Shown here: piece after piece, positions 48,011-59,200 of the stretch
How positions within the stretch are numbered: position 1 is the stretch's first letter
Layout: every line of letters begins with the position of its first letter
Origin: an uncultured Moraxellaceae bacterium
GTDB taxonomy: Bacteria > Pseudomonadota > Gammaproteobacteria > Pseudomonadales > Moraxellaceae
Direction of reading: 5' to 3'
Assembly: GCA_913057715.1 (NCBI GenBank)
Contig: CAJXOR010000001.1
Coordinates: forward strand, 17,539-81,538
DNA length: 64,000 nt
Program-made: the position numbers and the translations under genes
The notes under the pieces: model-generated
Told to the model about the DNA's origin: nothing
What the model saw: only the letters and a program-made list of their open reading frames with translations
Databases searched by the model: none

Positions 48011-48379
48011 TTAACCGGCCGGAGCGGCCTCAGCGGGAGCCTCTGCTGGAGCGGCCTCAGCAGTGGTATCGACTACCGCCACTTCAGACGCTGGATCGGC
48101 TGCAGTTTCTCCGCCAGCGCCTGCTTCAGCAGCTGTCTCGGCAGCCTCACCGACTGGCTCATCGACAGGAATCACGCCGGTTGCCTCTTGAGCGTACTCA
48201 GCTGCTCGCGCGCGAAGATCGGCGTCAATTTGCTCCTGCCCCTCAACCACATAGGGTTCAGCTACCGGACGAAAGTAGCCAGAGAGGCCGATCAGCGCGG
48301 CAATGGCGATGAAAAAGCCCAGTCCACACAGCGTGATCAAAAGTTCTTTTTTGGGTGAGTTGTTGCTTGCATCTGCCAT
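48011..48379 (-). CDS. Hypothetical single-pass membrane protein with an Ala/Glu-rich tail
   Basis: TM helix LLITLCGLGFFIAIAALIGLSGYF followed by a low-complexity acidic region. I prefer it to the overlapping plus-strand ORF 47953-48312. Confidence 0.4.
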   Translation of the reverse strand: MADASNNSPKKELLITLCGLGFFIAIAALIGLSGYFRPVAEPYVVEGQEQIDADLRARAAEYAQEATGVIPVDEPVGEAAETAAEAGAGGETAADPASEVAVVDTTAEAAPAEAPAEAAPAG

Positions 48380-48630
48380 GAATTGAGCCTTGTTAAATAG
48401 TAAAATGCCACCGGGGCATGCAAGCGGATTTTAGCAAACTTTGGCCTGAGTGACAGCGCGAGTTTGCAGTGGTCTGATGCGGCTCACCGCCGAGAAACCC
48501 TATCAGCAAGTCTAAAGCCAATCACCCGCTAGTCTATGCTAGTCGCAGATTAGAGTTGAGATTAGTCTCTATCGGCAATCCGAGCGATATACTATAAAGC
48601 ACCACTCATACAGGATGTAGAGACAGACAT

Positions 48631-50157
48631 ATGGCAAAGGTAAATCGGCGGACATTTTTGGCGGGCTCGCTCGCAAGCGGCCTTGCAATCAACACGCAAG
48701 CTCAGGCGGGCTTGTTTTCTAAGTCGTACCGCTCGCGTACTAAAGCGCTGGTGCTGGGTTCGGGGTTTGGCGGCTCGGTAGCCGCTTTGCGCTTAACTGA
48801 AGCGGGTATCGATACCGTCATGATCGAGCGCGGCAAGTTCTGGAAATACAGCGGTGAGGATACCTACCCTAAAGTCAGCAATATTTTTGGAGAGCTGAGT
48901 GACAGCGCCCTGTGGCGAGAGCCCAGCAAGTGGCTGGGCGGCTCGGTGGGCATGATCCAGTATATAGTCAACAATGGCATCAATATCGGGGTGGGTGCTT
49001 GCCTTGGTGGTGGCTCGCTGGTCTATGGCGGGGTGCTCTTGCAACCGCGCCGCGAGATCTTTGAGACGGCACTCAGTGGATTGAACTACACCCAGATGGA
49101 CCGCGAGTACTACCCAAGGGTGCTCGCGCGCATCAGCGGGGGCCCCATACCGGACGACATACTGGGTTCCCCTAATTACGCAGGCATGCGCGATTACATA
49201 CGGGTGGCCGAGGCAGCAGGTCATGAGATTGTGCGCTCAGAGGTCGGCTTTGACTGGAACATCATCCGTGAGGAGATACAAGGCAAGCGCGCGCCAGCCG
49301 CCTCGATTGGTGAGTATGTGTTTGGCTGCAACAGCGGCGCCAAAAATTCGCTCGATCGCAACTATATAAAAGACGCCGCTCGCACCGGGAAGCTCAAGAT
49401 TCACGTCCTGCACAACGTACAGCACATCGTTAAAAAGCGCACTGGCGGCTATGAGATCTTCTGCGACTTGCTCTCCAAGCAGGGCTCGATCATTGGTGAG
49501 CATGTTATAGAGTGTGAGTACCTGTTCATGGGCGCAGGTTCCGTCAACACCACGCGCTTGCTCTTGAAGTCTCAGGCAAATGGCGACTTGCCCGGCATCA
49601 CTTCTGATTTGGGCGATAAGTGGGCCACTAACGGCGATCTTATCTATGCCAGATACGGCCTCGGCGAGGTCAACGGTGAGTATCAGGCGGGGCCTGCCTG
49701 TATCGCCTCTTTTGATACCAACAATCCGATCAAGCCCACCGGCTTCATGCATTCGCCAGGCCCTGTTGGCAAATCAACCCAACTGCAGATGGGTATGCTC
49801 GTGCCTGAAGTCACCAGTAAAGCGACCTATAACCGCTTTTTAGACAAGATGAGTCTGAACTGGGATAAGTCGCTCGACACCCGCTCCACCGAGGCTTTAG
49901 ATAGCACGACTCAGGACATGATAGATGCCGGCGGCGGCAAATTCTCATCCATCCCGGCATTTGGCACTTGGCACCCACTGGGCGGCGCGGCCATGGGCTC
50001 TACATGTGACTACAGCGGCCGCGTTTATGGTATCGATAATCTGTTTATCGTCGATGGTGCTGCGATACCCGGCGCGGTTGGTGCGGCTAACCCCTCGCTC
50101 ACGATCGCGGCTAACGCCGAGCGCATGATGGAGCAGATCATACCTACCTTAAGTTGA
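48631..50157 (+). CDS. GMC-family FAD oxidoreductase (cholesterol-oxidase-like) with a Tat signal
   Basis: Twin-arginine NRRTFLAGS, the FAD fold VLGSGFGGSVAALRLTEAG, and a GMC C-terminal region GVDNLFIVDGAAIPG. Confidence 0.85.
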   Translation: MAKVNRRTFLAGSLASGLAINTQAQAGLFSKSYRSRTKALVLGSGFGGSVAALRLTEAGIDTVMIERGKFWKYSGEDTYPKVSNIFGELSDSALWREPSKWLGGSVGMIQYIVNNGINIGVGACLGGGSLVYGGVLLQPRREIFETALSGLNYTQMDREYYPRVLARISGGPIPDDILGSPNYAGMRDYIRVAEAAGHEIVRSEVGFDWNIIREEIQGKRAPAASIGEYVFGCNSGAKNSLDRNYIKDAARTGKLKIHVLHNVQHIVKKRTGGYEIFCDLLSKQGSIIGEHVIECEYLFMGAGSVNTTRLLLKSQANGDLPGITSDLGDKWATNGDLIYARYGLGEVNGEYQAGPACIASFDTNNPIKPTGFMHSPGPVGKSTQLQMGMLVPEVTSKATYNRFLDKMSLNWDKSLDTRSTEALDSTTQDMIDAGGGKFSSIPAFGTWHPLGGAAMGSTCDYSGRVYGIDNLFIVDGAAIPGAVGAANPSLTIAANAERMMEQIIPTLS

Positions 50158-50198
50158 TCGCACAGCAGCAAATGCAACGGTGCTTAGTATTGATGCAT

Positions 50199-50232
50199 AA
50201 AAAAACCGGCCACTCTGGTGGCCGGTTTTTTT
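50199..50232. terminator. Bidirectional rho-independent terminator
   Basis: A7-CCGGCCAC-TCTG-GTGGCCGG-T7, between convergent genes. Confidence 0.85.
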
Positions 50233-50315
50233 GGTTTTAAGTTTGAGCAGGTGCTTAGCTTTAGCTCGATCAAATGAGCTCAACCAATCGGCGCTAAGCC
50301 AACAAGTTTGAGCGC

Positions 50316-51908
50316 TTAGTATCGATATCGAGGACGACCACGGCGCAAGTAGCTTGCCACCAAGATAACCAGACAGATCGCGAGCAGCGGCCAGAAACCA
50401 AGGCGCATGAACGGGGTCTCACCCACCATACCAGGGACGCTGACTGGTAGCACACCGCGCTTAAACTGAGGGGCGCGATCAGTGATCTCCCCACTCGGTG
50501 CAATCAAGGCGGTCACGCCCGTGTTGGTGGCACGCACAAACCAGCGACCGGTTTCCCGCGCGCGCATCTGCACCATCTGTAAGTGCTGCAGCGGCCCAGC
50601 TGAGGTGCCGAACCAAGCATCGTTTGAGATGGTGAGCATAAAGTCGGTGTTTTTGGCGTTGTTTGCGGTGGTGGCAGGATAAGCGGCCTCATAACACAGA
50701 GCGCTGCCCATGAGCCTGCCTTGCACCGAGAGTGGCCGCTGATCTTTTGCGCCAGCTGAAAAGCTAAGCAGCTCAGAGCCCTCCGATACGCCGGGGATCA
50801 CCCAGTCGAGCCAGCCGCCAAGCGGAACATATTCGCCAAAGGGCACCAGGTTCTGTTTTCGATACAGATCGGAGGTGTATTGCTGCCCAACCTCGGTTGG
50901 CAGAGGATTGGCCGGATCAAAGGCGATGATTGAGTTGTAGTAGCGTGCATCGGGACCGATACCAGCTGAGTAGTCGGCATAGGGTACGCCGGTTACCCAG
51001 GTGGTGCCTGTGTCTTCAGCGGTGCGAGCGACTGGACCCATGAAGTCAGCTACCTGAGTTTGGAACAGCGGGATCGCTGACTCTGGCCAGATTACCGCGT
51101 CATAGTTGCCCCAAAGCGGCTCACTTAACTGGTAGTAGATCCTTAAAGTCTCGACTTGAAAACTCTCAAGCCACTTAAGATCTTGCGGGATATTGCCTTG
51201 AACCAGCGCCGCTTTGAGCGGCGGCTTGCCGTTAGTTTCGGTAAAGCTGATTTGGTTGACCCCTGCGCTGACCCCGATCGTAACCAAGATCACCGCGAGC
51301 ATGAGCAGACGGCGGCGGGTAAAAAGCAGCTCCCAGAGTGCCGCACAAATCAGCACCAGCACGAAGCTCACTCCCAGCACGCTGAACACGGGCGCCAGAC
51401 CCGCCACCGCTGAATCAGTGAGTGCGTAGCCGGCAAAGAGCCAAGGAAAACCGGTTAACAACCAAGTTTTGGCCCACTCCTGGATCACCCAGATGGCGGC
51501 AAAACTAAAGACATTTAGTCCTAAGTTTTTCACGGTTTTAAAGGCAAAAGCGTGAAACAGGCTCATGACCAGCGCGCACAGAAACACCAGCAACACCGCA
51601 AGTGCCGCAGGCGTGCCGCCAAAGTCGTGGATCGAGGTGTAGATCCAAAAACTGCCGGTGAACCAAAGCCCGGTGCCGTAGCAAAGGCCGATCCAAAAAG
51701 GGTGGTCAGTTTGGCGCACCAGACCATACACGCCGCCTAAGGAGATCACCGCGATCCATAGCTGGTTATAGGGCGCAAGCGATAAGCAAAAGATCGCACC
51801 CAGTACAAAAGCAATCAGTCCGCAGATCCAGCCACTCAAACCTAAGCGGTTGCGGTAAGCAGATTTTAGGCTGGGGATGTAGGAGGTGAAGCGATGATCA
51901 GGACTCAT
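50316..51908 (-). CDS. lnt: Apolipoprotein N-acyltransferase
   Basis: N-terminal polytopic region plus a CN-hydrolase domain (AVIWPESAIP, KQNLVPFGEYVP, SALCYEAAYP). Confidence 0.9.
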   Translation of the reverse strand: MSPDHRFTSYIPSLKSAYRNRLGLSGWICGLIAFVLGAIFCLSLAPYNQLWIAVISLGGVYGLVRQTDHPFWIGLCYGTGLWFTGSFWIYTSIHDFGGTPAALAVLLVFLCALVMSLFHAFAFKTVKNLGLNVFSFAAIWVIQEWAKTWLLTGFPWLFAGYALTDSAVAGLAPVFSVLGVSFVLVLICAALWELLFTRRRLLMLAVILVTIGVSAGVNQISFTETNGKPPLKAALVQGNIPQDLKWLESFQVETLRIYYQLSEPLWGNYDAVIWPESAIPLFQTQVADFMGPVARTAEDTGTTWVTGVPYADYSAGIGPDARYYNSIIAFDPANPLPTEVGQQYTSDLYRKQNLVPFGEYVPLGGWLDWVIPGVSEGSELLSFSAGAKDQRPLSVQGRLMGSALCYEAAYPATTANNAKNTDFMLTISNDAWFGTSAGPLQHLQMVQMRARETGRWFVRATNTGVTALIAPSGEITDRAPQFKRGVLPVSVPGMVGETPFMRLGFWPLLAICLVILVASYLRRGRPRYRY

Positions 51909-51983
51909 GGCGAGGTCTCAAGATGTTGACTCAGGTGTGGGCTTAGGCGTTGACTAAAGCTAGCTGCATGGCATCATAGCACC

Positions 51984-52241
51984 ATGACTCAAAACCCCAC
52001 CAGCAGCGCCGCTGTGCTGTTAGACACCACCGGACTGATTTGCCCTGAGCCGATCATGCTGCTGCACCGCGCGATCCGTAAGCTTGCGAGCGGTGAACAG
52101 GTGCGTCTGGTGGCCACCGACCCCTCAACCCAGCGTGACGTGCCCAAGTTTTGCACGCACTTGGGTCATACCTTGATCGAGGCTGAGCGCACTGAAACCA
52201 GCGGAGATGAGGCGTTTTATTTTGTGATTGAAAAGGGCTAA
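51984..52241 (+). CDS. TusA-family sulfurtransferase-like protein
   Basis: LDTTGLICPEPIMLLHRAIRKL, the CPxP motif. Confidence 0.8.
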   Translation: MTQNPTSSAAVLLDTTGLICPEPIMLLHRAIRKLASGEQVRLVATDPSTQRDVPKFCTHLGHTLIEAERTETSGDEAFYFVIEKG

Positions 52242-52297
52242 TTTTGCTGTCATGGTCAAGCTAAGCCGTCTCGGCAAGATCAATCTGAGTGCCATTC

Positions 52298-53071
52298 ATG
52301 AACGCAAACGCCCCTAGCCAGACCGATACCGCTCCACTCGCTGACGCCAAACACAAGCCAACGACTCAAGCAGGTATCGTGCACGAGCGGCGGCAGTACC
52401 AGATTCAAGGCCGCACGATGACGCTTGACGTGTATCGTCCAGACAACCAAAAGCTAGTACCTGGGATCTTGTACCTGCACGATATCTTTGGTTTGCTTGA
52501 GGTGTGTCACACCGACGCGCGCGAGCTGGCAAGTTTGGGTTATGCGGTGTACTTGCCGGATCTGTTTAGTGGGCAGGCCATACGCTACTGTATCCGCTCG
52601 GTGGTGATCAGCAGCGCGCGCAACAACGCCGCAGACAGCCCGCTGCTAGCTGAAGTCTTTGAGCTGCTCGACCAACTAAAAGCCGAAACCTACTGCAACG
52701 GCCGCCTGGGCATGCTGGGTCAGTGCTTAAGCGGCGGTTTTGTGATCCAAAGCGCACTTCGTAAGGAAGTCGATGCGCCGGTTATTTATCACCACTCCTT
52801 TGGGCAGCAGGGCGCCGGCATACCGCTGGTTGAGGAGAGCAACTTATCGGGTATAGAGTCGGTCCAGGGCCACTGGAGCAGTCTGCCCGACCCTTTTTGT
52901 CCCGCCAAGCGCCGCGACAAACTCAAATCCTTGCTTGGCGATCGCCTCGATGATCACACCTACCCGATCCCGCACGGCTTTCGCACCAGCTCTCGCTCCA
53001 CCGACTCAGCTAAGCTTGCTTGGAAGCGCACGCTTGAGTATTTTGATGAGCAGCTAAAGCCTGCCTCTTAG
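52298..53071 (+). CDS. Dienelactone hydrolase family protein
   Basis: An alpha/beta-hydrolase-like layout with a GQCLSGGF nucleophile-type motif. Weak assignment. Confidence 0.6.
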   Translation: MNANAPSQTDTAPLADAKHKPTTQAGIVHERRQYQIQGRTMTLDVYRPDNQKLVPGILYLHDIFGLLEVCHTDARELASLGYAVYLPDLFSGQAIRYCIRSVVISSARNNAADSPLLAEVFELLDQLKAETYCNGRLGMLGQCLSGGFVIQSALRKEVDAPVIYHHSFGQQGAGIPLVEESNLSGIESVQGHWSSLPDPFCPAKRRDKLKSLLGDRLDDHTYPIPHGFRTSSRSTDSAKLAWKRTLEYFDEQLKPAS

Positions 53072-53144
53072 TCAAATGCCTACGGTAGCCGCCAAAGACT
53101 CTATGTATGGTGGCCGCCCTTTTTTAAGTCTGTAAGGGGCACTC

Positions 53145-53993
53145 ATGACCACGACACAGTTGCCGATCTATGTGGTGGAGGCATTTTCCTCTGGCTCCTT
53201 TGGCGGCAACCCCGCTGCGGTGGTGCCACTTGAGCGCTGGCTCAGCGATGCGCTCATGCAGTCGATCGCCGCGCAAAACAACTTATCTGAAACTGCCTTT
53301 TTCGTCGCGACTGATGCTGGTTTTCACATCCGCTGGTTTACCCCGACGCGCGAGGTGAGCCTGTGCGGGCACGCGACCCTAGCAAGCGCTTACGTCTTGT
53401 TTGAGCACTTGGGGTTTGAGGGCGAGCGGATCAGTTTTGAGTCGCTCTCGGGCGAGCTGTCAGTGACACGGCTTTTAACTTTGGGCGCTGAGCAGGCTGG
53501 GACTGATTTGCCTCTTCTTGCGCTAAACTTCCCCGCGCAGATGCCGGCCAGCTGCGCTGCTCCTGTCGGCCTCGCGCAAGCGCTGGGTTTAGTTAGTGAG
53601 TCGAGCGTGCTTGAGTGCTTTAAGGGGGAGGACTTGGTGGTGGTGTTTGAAAGCGCGGCTGATCTCGCCGCGTTGAGTCCTAACTTTGCTGAGCTTAAGG
53701 CGCTTGATGTGCGCGCCGTGATCGTCACCGCGGCAGGCTCACCTGAAACTTATGACTTTGTCGCACGCGTGTTTGCTCCCAGTGTCGGTATCGATGAAGA
53801 TCCGGTCACTGGTTCGGCCTACACCAAACTGGCTCCGATTTGGGCGGCCAAGCTGGGTAAAACCAAATTGTCCGCGCGACAGTTATCGGCGCGCGGTGGG
53901 GACGTGTTTTGCGAGTTGATCGGGGATCGGGTGCAGATCGCAGGGAGCTGTATGAGCTACCTCAAGGGTGAGATCGAGGTTAGTGAGCCGTGA
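53145..53993 (+). CDS. PhzF-family isomerase
   Basis: VVEAFSSGSFGGNPAAVV...NLSETAFF...IRWFTPTREVSLCGHATLA...DPVTGSA are PhzF-family hallmarks. Confidence 0.85.
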   Translation: MTTTQLPIYVVEAFSSGSFGGNPAAVVPLERWLSDALMQSIAAQNNLSETAFFVATDAGFHIRWFTPTREVSLCGHATLASAYVLFEHLGFEGERISFESLSGELSVTRLLTLGAEQAGTDLPLLALNFPAQMPASCAAPVGLAQALGLVSESSVLECFKGEDLVVVFESAADLAALSPNFAELKALDVRAVIVTAAGSPETYDFVARVFAPSVGIDEDPVTGSAYTKLAPIWAAKLGKTKLSARQLSARGGDVFCELIGDRVQIAGSCMSYLKGEIEVSEP

Positions 53994-54257
53994 ATGGGTT
54001 AAGGCTTATGGGTGGATAGTCTTATCTACTGAAACCTGCGAGTGCACCAAGTGCGTAGCTGTCGGCAGTTTTACCCCAAGACCTCTTAATCAAGGCCTCT
54101 AAAACAAGACCTCTCGTCAAAGACACGCTAGGTCTGAGTGTTACCTGATCCAGAAGCTTCTTACTGAACCACCAATCAACCGGCATAGAGCCCACACGGC
54201 TTTTGACAGCCAGACTCGATAGGGTATTAACACACTCTAAAAAAAGCCGAGACGACT

Positions 54258-55088
54258 ATGAGCTTATTTATGCCCACCCAATTGATCAGCAATCACCTAG
54301 ATAAGGTTTATCAAGTGACCCAGCGCGATATCGGGCAGCTTGCCTCGGCCAAGTCGCTTGCTGAACAAGCCAAAAAGCACTCCGACAACTTGGATGAGCA
54401 AATCGACTGGCTCATCAAGACCGAGGGTCGTAAAGCAGGCGTATCGGGTTTTATCTCTGGGTTCAGCGGCGTTTCGCTCTCAGTTGTCACGCTGCCCGCT
54501 AACTTTGCTAGCGTCACCTACCTGCAGATGCGTCTGGCGGCAGCGATCGCTCACTTAAAAGGCGTGGATCTAGACGACAAGGCGACATGCGATAGCCTAT
54601 GCAATCTGGTGGCGGGAACTTCGGTCGATGTCCCGCGCGGCGGCGCAGTGCAGGCTGGTAAATTGATCACCTCACGCTTGCTTGGTGCGGTGCCTAAAAA
54701 AGCCCTCAAAAAAGTAAACGATAAAGCGGGCAAAAAAGTGCTGCAAAAAGGAAAAGCGGAAGCCAAAGGGGAAAATGCCCTTGATGCCACCAGCAGCGCC
54801 GCTTCAGACTCAGCGGCTGAGCTAAGCTTGAAAAAACCCGCTAAGAAAACCCGCGCCCAGAAAAAGGCCGATAAAAAAGAGGCTAAAGTTCAAGCTAAGG
54901 CCGACAAAAAACAAGCCAAGCAAGAGCAAAAGACTGGCCTGCTCGACATCACGCGTCTGGTCCCACTGGTGGGCGGGGCAGTAGGCGCTGTGCTCGATGC
55001 TAAAAGCACCCAAAAAGTAGGTGCAAAAGTTCGCAACAAGTTAGCTGATGCCCCAAGAGGCTGGGCGGTGCCAGTCGAACAAAACTGA
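54258..55088 (+). CDS. Hypothetical protein (EcsC-like N-region, lysine-rich tail)
   Basis: The TLPANFASVTYLQMRLAAAIAHLKG pattern resembles the EcsC family. The KKxAK-rich region is low complexity. Weak assignment. Confidence 0.4.
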   Translation: MSLFMPTQLISNHLDKVYQVTQRDIGQLASAKSLAEQAKKHSDNLDEQIDWLIKTEGRKAGVSGFISGFSGVSLSVVTLPANFASVTYLQMRLAAAIAHLKGVDLDDKATCDSLCNLVAGTSVDVPRGGAVQAGKLITSRLLGAVPKKALKKVNDKAGKKVLQKGKAEAKGENALDATSSAASDSAAELSLKKPAKKTRAQKKADKKEAKVQAKADKKQAKQEQKTGLLDITRLVPLVGGAVGAVLDAKSTQKVGAKVRNKLADAPRGWAVPVEQN

Positions 55089-55155
55089 TCGTTTGCCAGT
55101 ATGCCGCTCATAAATTGGGCGGCTTTGAGTGCTCAATTGATTTGAGCGCGATCCC

Positions 55156-55181
55156 AAAACCAGCTAATCGGCTGGTTTTTT
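55156..55181 (+). terminator. Rho-independent terminator
   Basis: Hairpin CCAGC-TAATCG-GCTGG followed by T6. Confidence 0.65.
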
Positions 55182-55403
55182 GATGTTAAATCTCATGCAA
55201 GCTCAGGTTAAGAGAGCGCATCAGCCGCGCCCCATGTTCACCTGCGCAGCCCAAGGATTCATGCTAAAGCGTAGCAGTACCAGGCTGAACTTGGGCAGAT
55301 CTTGGCGTCGCTAAAGTTAAGTCACTCAGCGCAAGCGGCTGATTGTGCGTGTCGGCGAGGTTGAGGCCAGCTAGCGGCGGGATTTTGCCGGGCAGCTTAA
55401 AGT

Positions 55404-56117
55404 TTAGTCCGCCAAGTAGTACTGCACCGTCGACACCACGCGCACCTTTTTGATGTGCGGGTTGTTCTGGTCACGATCCTCAATGCTGAACTGACCCTGA
55501 GAGGCAGTTTTGATCTTGCCTAAGCGCGAGTCTGAGTCGGCGGCGAACTTGCCTGCGACTTCGCGCGCGTTTTGGGTGGACTCCTCGATCATGGCCGGTT
55601 TTATGTCAGATAAGCCGGTGTAGAGATAATCAGGTTTTGAGTCATAGTCACCGGAGAGCACGATCCCCTGTTTGCCGATCTCGGAGAGCTCACTCATGAC
55701 CGCGCGCACGGCCTTGATGTCTTTTGAATACACGGTCACGCTTTGGTTTGCTGCATAGCGAAACTCAGCCCCTGCGCCGCTTTGGTAGGCCTGCGCGAAG
55801 CGGTCGGTGATCTCCGGCGCTGACACGCTCACGTCGGTTGCGGCCACGCCCTTGGTGGTTAAAAACTGCTTGATCGTGGCGGTGTTGGTCTCGATCGAGC
55901 GGTACAGCGCCTCTATGTCGTTGCCCGCGACGGTGAACTTGATCGGCCAGATCACGATATCGGCGGGGACTTCACGCTCCGATAACCCCTTTGCGGTGAC
56001 GGTGCGCTCGAGTTGCTTCACGCTTTTGGCGCCCATACCCAAGATCACGCCGAAGAGCGCGAGTGCGGCGATGAGGCAGACGCCGAGGATGAGAGAGTTT
56101 TTGGTGGTTAGGGTCAC
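55404..56117 (-). CDS. SIMPL (DUF541) domain protein
   Basis: A signal-anchor followed by the SIMPL-like pattern (VSVSAPEI..., YAANQSVTVY..., FSIEDRDQ...VRVVSTVQYYL). Confidence 0.7.
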   Translation of the reverse strand: MTLTTKNSLILGVCLIAALALFGVILGMGAKSVKQLERTVTAKGLSEREVPADIVIWPIKFTVAGNDIEALYRSIETNTATIKQFLTTKGVAATDVSVSAPEITDRFAQAYQSGAGAEFRYAANQSVTVYSKDIKAVRAVMSELSEIGKQGIVLSGDYDSKPDYLYTGLSDIKPAMIEESTQNAREVAGKFAADSDSRLGKIKTASQGQFSIEDRDQNNPHIKKVRVVSTVQYYLAD

Positions 56118-56235
56118 GGGCGGGCTCCTTGGGGTTGTTAGGTGGGGGTGAAATGTCAGCGGTGGCAGCTGCTTGAAAGTGACCAGCTATGTTCACAAGC
56201 TGAGAACCATGGCCTATAAGCTAAAGCCAAGCGTA

Positions 56236-59200
56236 TTAGTTGGTAGCTGACAAGTAGACTGAATTAAATGAATTAAAAGAATCACTCACTGAAAAGTTTA
56301 CTCCCAATCCAAGCGCCTTAAAGTGCTCTTTGCCGCAGTCGATTCTAGCTTTTTCCTCAGGACGAAGTGCGCTGCTAAGCAAGGTGCTCTTGGTCTCTAC
56401 TACAAAGTAAAGCTTTTGCTTACCGTCCACTTCAATCAGAACAGCCCAGTCTGGGTTGTAACCTCCAAGGGGGGTGTCGATCTTGAACCAGTCGGGTAAT
56501 TTGGCATAGACCTTTACGTCTTCGCTAAGCTCGAAGCTCTTGGCAAATTTCAGCTCGACTTCGGAGTCGTATACGACGTGGTTGAATACAGATTTATTGC
56601 TTTCAACCATGTTTTTACTTAAATAACCAAATAACTCCTTATCGCTAAAGAGTTCTTGTGCATAGTATTGATCATCACCAATCTTTTGATATTTGATTCC
56701 ATCAACTATAAATAAGCGCATTTGAGATTTTATGATGTTCGACACTTGCTCTATGAACTTTTGCGGATTTAGCTTAAAGGTGCTTAGACGACCACTTTTA
56801 GAGATGATAGATACGATACTTACGCGAGTCAGTTGGGTTTGATCAACTAGATAGCTAATCAGATCAGGCAGCTCGAAAGAATTTGATGAATATAAAATAC
56901 TACTCTGTTCGGACTCTTCAGCATGAACACCGCCCCGATCTATCTCTGTTTTGGCTTTGCGATAGATAAAACGTGCTTTTCCAACTTGAAGATTGTTTCG
57001 TATCTCATCAGCGCACTTATCAATCAATTGGCTGCTGTCAAAGTCTACTCTAAATGATGTTTTGTATTTTATATGATTCCATAGCTCCTTGAACTCAGGA
57101 CTCAGAATCACACCTTTGTTTAGGGATATTTTTTGTTTGTCATTATGATTTTTGATATGAAGGCTGCCTGATACCTTTTTCAGAAGTGCGACAATCTGAG
57201 CGTTATGCTCATTGAACTCCTCTAGTAAGTTCAAATTTCCAGTGCTCAAAGCAAGTTTGAGGCTGTCTTGGATCTTACCCTGGGTATCGATATAATCTAA
57301 AGTTCTGAGTTCTTCCCAAAGCTTCTCAGAAGATTCAACCCCCAGATACTCCTGATTTATGGTACCTGTTGATACTAATATGCTGGCAAATAAGTGCGGC
57401 TCAACCACTCCAAACTTTATACCTTCCTCTTCTTCGATTTCCTTTTGTAGTTGCTCAGCAAACTCCTCATAAGACTCATTTGCCATGACGGTGAGAGTAT
57501 TGACCTCAAAACCGTGTACTCTTTGACCTTGTTGATTGACACAGATACGCAGACCACGACCGATCTCTTGACGCTTTTTCATCACAGAGCTGGTTTCGTT
57601 CAGAGTGCAGATCTGAAAGACGTTTGGGTTATCCCAACCTTCTTTTAGGGCTGAGTGTGAAAAGATAAACTTGAGCGTGGACTCAAAGCTCAACAGCTTC
57701 TCTTTATCTCTCATGATCAAGTGGTAAGCACTTTCATCGGCGGCTGATGTTTTCTTGCCAGCAGAAGAATCTTTTAGTTTTTCGTTGCCAGAAGTGTCTT
57801 TGCCTTTATCTACTGCAAAATACCCGTTATGCACACTGCTGACATATTGATCAAGATCCTGACCTTGGGTCAGATTGCTGTATTTGGGCTTACTCAAAGC
57901 TTTCTTGAGTTCTTCCTCAAACATCTGAGCAAACTTACCTTTTTGAGCGCGACCACTTTCGTCATACCAGCGGTAATTAGCAACCTTGTCGATGAAAAAT
58001 AGACTCAGCACTTTGATACCTTGGTTTTTTAATCTGATTTCTTTTTCTAAGTGCTCATCTATAGTTTTGCGAATTTGCAGCCGCTTTAGCTCGTTTGAGT
58101 CGATCCCACCCGAAGCCTGACCAAGCCTCAATATATCGGCTTTACTGGTGAAGCTGACATACTCGTTTCCAGGTTCGCAGTAGATATCATCAACGATATA
58201 GCCATCGTATAAGTCCCTACCTCCGCTAAATTTAGCACCGTGCAGATCCACACCACTTTTGACTGTGACGATTTTTCTCTTGATGCTGCCGCCTTTGAGG
58301 CTAGCGTCTATCTCAATTTTTGCACTTATTGGGGTTTTTTTATTGTTGACGCTAAGTAGTTTGATATAAGCCGAGTTATGGTTGTCTTGGACTTCGATGC
58401 CAGCGACCTCAATCTGCTTTACCAGTTTTTGCTCATAAGCATCGACCGAATCAAGCTTGTATAGCATGTGGTGCTTTTCAAGGTGAGTAGCAGAGTATCG
58501 CAAAGTGCACATTGGGTTAAGTGAGGCGATGGCCTCTCTACTTGTGTCAGTACTATCTACGCTTTGAGGTTCATCGATGATGACGATAGGGTTAGTTTGC
58601 TGCAAGTAGTTGATCAGCGGCAGTCCATCTGGACCTTTTTCTGTGCCTACCCTATTCATGACGTTATCGTCTCTGTTGAAGGCGTGGATGGTGGTAATCA
58701 GTATGGTTAACTCTGTATTTTCTGCAAAAGACCTTAGGGTTGTGGGATTTAGTTTTGCTTTTTGCCCTGTCTGATAAAGATACGACTCAAACGGGGTGTT
58801 GTTATAAAGTTGTCTGAAGTGTTCTGTTGTCATCTGTATCGACTTGATGACACCCTCTTTAATTGCCACAGATGGCACTACGATGATGAATTTGTTAAAG
58901 CCGTAAAGGTGGTTCATCTCAAATATCGTGCGCAGATATACATAGGTCTTGCCTGTGCCAGTTTCCATCTCGACGGTCAGGTGGATACCTTTTTTAGAAT
59001 CAAACGACTTGGATGGAGCTAAGCCGTTTTTGAGCTGGATCTCACGGATGTTGGCATGTAATGTTTCGTCCTGCAGGATCAATTGGTTGCCTAAAGCTGA
59101 GTCAATGTGGTTTGTAGGCTTTAAGGATAAATCTTGATTTCTTGATATGAACGGGGCTTCGGTAAAACCGCTCTTACAGATCTCTTGACCAGAAAACACA

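Noticed and set aside
47953-48312. 119-aa plus-strand ORF overlapping the 48011-48379 minus-strand ORF
   Set aside because: The translation is Arg/Gln/Pro-rich and low complexity with no TM segment or motifs. The minus-strand frame has a credible TM helix and start context. Both remain low confidence.
54050-54140. Short repeated AAGACCTCT / AAGGCCTCT words upstream of the 54258 gene
   Set aside because: These are only 9-mers with irregular spacing, too weak to call a regulatory array without comparative data.
58325-58345. Other homopolymer tracts (for example T7 on the plus strand) inside Res2 as additional phase-variation switches
   Set aside because: The gene is in frame across them, and such runs are expected in very AT-rich coding DNA. 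Only the mod tract actually coincides with a frameshift.
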